Shown here: piece after piece, positions 10,130-11,805 of the stretch | Layout: every line of letters begins with the position of its first letter | Numbering within the stretch: the stretch's first letter is position 1 | DNA from: a bacterium | GTDB lineage: Bacteria > SAR324 > NAC60-12 | DNA length: 11,805 nucleotides | Direction of reading: 5' to 3' | Assembly: GCA_965233585.1 (NCBI GenBank) | Contig: CBDDTI010000676.1 | Location: 1 to 11,805 of the forward strand | Position numbers and translations under genes: made by a program | Notes under the pieces: generated by a model | What the model was told of the DNA's origin: nothing | The model's input: only the letters and a program-made list of their open reading frames with translations | The model's database searches: none

Positions 10130-10363
10130 TCGCATAAATGCGACAAAACTAATGAAACAAAGAGAAAAATAGCAGCGAATAATTTACTCAATTTGAGCAA
10201 AAAACATAGCGAATGTAAGGTTAGTAATCAAGAAAGACGTTACATAACTAGGCCTAAGTTTATGACAATTAAGCTTACGTTTATCCTCACTCTGATGAAA
10301 GCCACTTTCGCAGTCCAACGTGGCATCTTAGTTGTCGTTTCCTAGAGTTTGAATATGACGCAC

Positions 10364-10730
10364 CTTGTCTTTATCAGTAAATGTTCTTCTGTCGTCTGTA
10401 GCAACATTCTGTCTATTTTTTTCTGTTCACTGAGAATTCATTTGATTTTATGGTATGATTCTGGTATGATTCTGGTACGACCTTCGCTAAATCCGCTAAA
10501 TCATTTGATTCTTTTGCCATCTTGAGTTCGCGGAACGACCCGTTTCGAAATATATGCTCATTACACACGCCATCTTTTTGAGTTGATCTACTGCGAACGG
10601 TGTGTGGGTCTGTATGTTTGAGCGTAGAAAAGATTACACCATTTGTTAAGATATTCGACGTATCCGCCATAGACTTCGACATCGTGGAAAGAACGTTGAA
10701 CCTTAATGACAGGTCTGCGATATTCCCCAT
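10364..10730 (-). pseudogene. Candidate frameshifted exon of unknown product
   Basis: The 105-aa ORF stops directly after an A7 run. Removing one A extends it (NRQNVATDDRRTFTDKDK) to a possible donor AAG|GTGCGT at 10364/10363. No recognisable homology. Confidence 0.25.
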
Positions 10731-11089
10731 CGCACGTGACTGAGTTTTGTGGAGAAATGCAGCGTAAATTTAAAGTCGGCCTCGCCCGACTAAAAATGCA
10801 AACGACTCGTGGGATATAATCATTCCATAAGAGGTCACTGCCGTTGAGTTACTTTCCAGTAGCAAAATAATTCGTACATTTTCCATGTCATCTGGAGCCC
10901 TAAAACTTCAAGGGGTAGCTGAGGGCTACAGTCCTTTCTTCCTTCCTTTCCGCCATCCCTAATTTCATTTGTGCTTATGCACATATCTTTCAATAGTCTG
11001 AAATGTCAGTCATCTCCCACCCTCAGCTTAATCCCTGGGCGATTTGGCTGAAGGGGAAAGATGACTCACATTCCAGGCCAACCCTCTAA

Positions 11090-11218
11090 CATCCTCGGAG
11101 ATCCAGGGGCAGTCAGTCGGGACGACGCGATATTTTCGGGCGAAAGCCTACTTCTTTATGTAAACTTTCTCCCGAAAATATCGCTTCGACTAACTGCCCT
11201 TAGGTCTCTGTGGATATG
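11090..11218. mobile_element. About 129-bp palindromic MITE
   Basis: The left arm ATCCTCGGAGATCCAGGGGCAGTCAGTCG...GCGATATTTTCGGGCGAAAG pairs with the right arm CTTTCTCCCGAAAATATCGC..CGACTAACTGCCCTTAGGTCTCTGTGGAT. There is a perfect 14-bp core at 11127-11140 and 11171-11184. Confidence 0.85.
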
Positions 11219-11497
11219 GATAACCTTTCAGCTACTACAGGTTGCACCTCAAGCACGAGCTTCCGCGGGAAAGCCTCTTGAGCCGACTGTGAGACAGGAT
11301 GACCAGCGGTTCCCTTCTCAAATTCAAGATGGCGGTCGGTGAGTATTGTCGTGCTACGAATCACAGGTAGCCCAAGCTCTCTGGTTACCGTCAACATGAC
11401 ATTGCGTAATGGCGTTTTTATAAGAGTTTGTATGGGAAATACATCGATCCTACGGAATAGTTCAAAATAAAGGGAAAATATAATAAAATCGACTTAC

Positions 11498-11531
11498 CTT
11501 TTCTTGTTGAGTGTATAACTTCTGTTTCCAT
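11498..11531 (-). CDS. Candidate short first coding exon (METEVIHSTRK, phase 1) of an unidentified gene
   Basis: Consensus donor AAG|GTAAGT (GT at 11497-11496), strong Kozak context CGCCATGG at 11531, and TATATATA about 60-67 bp upstream. An alternative frame from ATG 11731 (78 aa) reaches the same donor in phase 0. Confidence 0.35.
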
Positions 11532-11805
11532 GGCGTTTGGAGGCGTTTTAGAGCGATTCTAGCGAGATTTAGCTTCGCTGTATTCCTCTCTATATATAAT
11601 TCCTCAAGGTAGGGCACTCGAGTCACGGAACCCAGCAGACCGCCCGAAGGAATCCAGCCATAAATTCGCCCCAAAGAATCCGATCGCCTCAAGATTCCGC
11701 CTACATCAACGCTAACAGATCCTCTAACCATTGCTTCTCTTTAGGGGATGAAAACTTCCGCTAAGGAGCAATTTTAGCGTGCAGATCTCTCAAGGCTTTT
11801 CCATC

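Noticed and set aside
10288..10345. Hammerhead ribozyme candidate (CTGATGA followed by a GCCAC/GTGGC stem)
   Set aside because: The required GAAA core after stem II is missing, and I could not form stems I and III.

Overview
AT-rich eukaryotic genomic DNA, not prokaryotic. The style of the short inverted-repeat elements and the LINE tail suggests a marine invertebrate such as a stony coral or other anthozoan (inference). The only confidently recognisable gene is the first coding exon of a retinol saturase (RETSAT, all-trans-retinol 13,14-reductase)-like FAD oxidoreductase on the minus strand (2786-2393). Its first intron runs off the left edge. That intron holds a nested insertion: a TTA-flanked PIF/Harbinger-type non-autonomous element whose right TIR is split by a 5'-truncated LINE with an (ATCT)n tail. 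The region upstream of RETSAT has a Staf/ZNF143-like site and a 21-bp perfect inverted repeat carrying ETS-like and AP-1 motifs. The rest is largely non-coding, with several MITEs, three tandem arrays (54 bp, about 130-143 bp and a modular 158-159 bp array), and weak candidate exons near the right edge. I see no convincing novel system; the best leads are structural.
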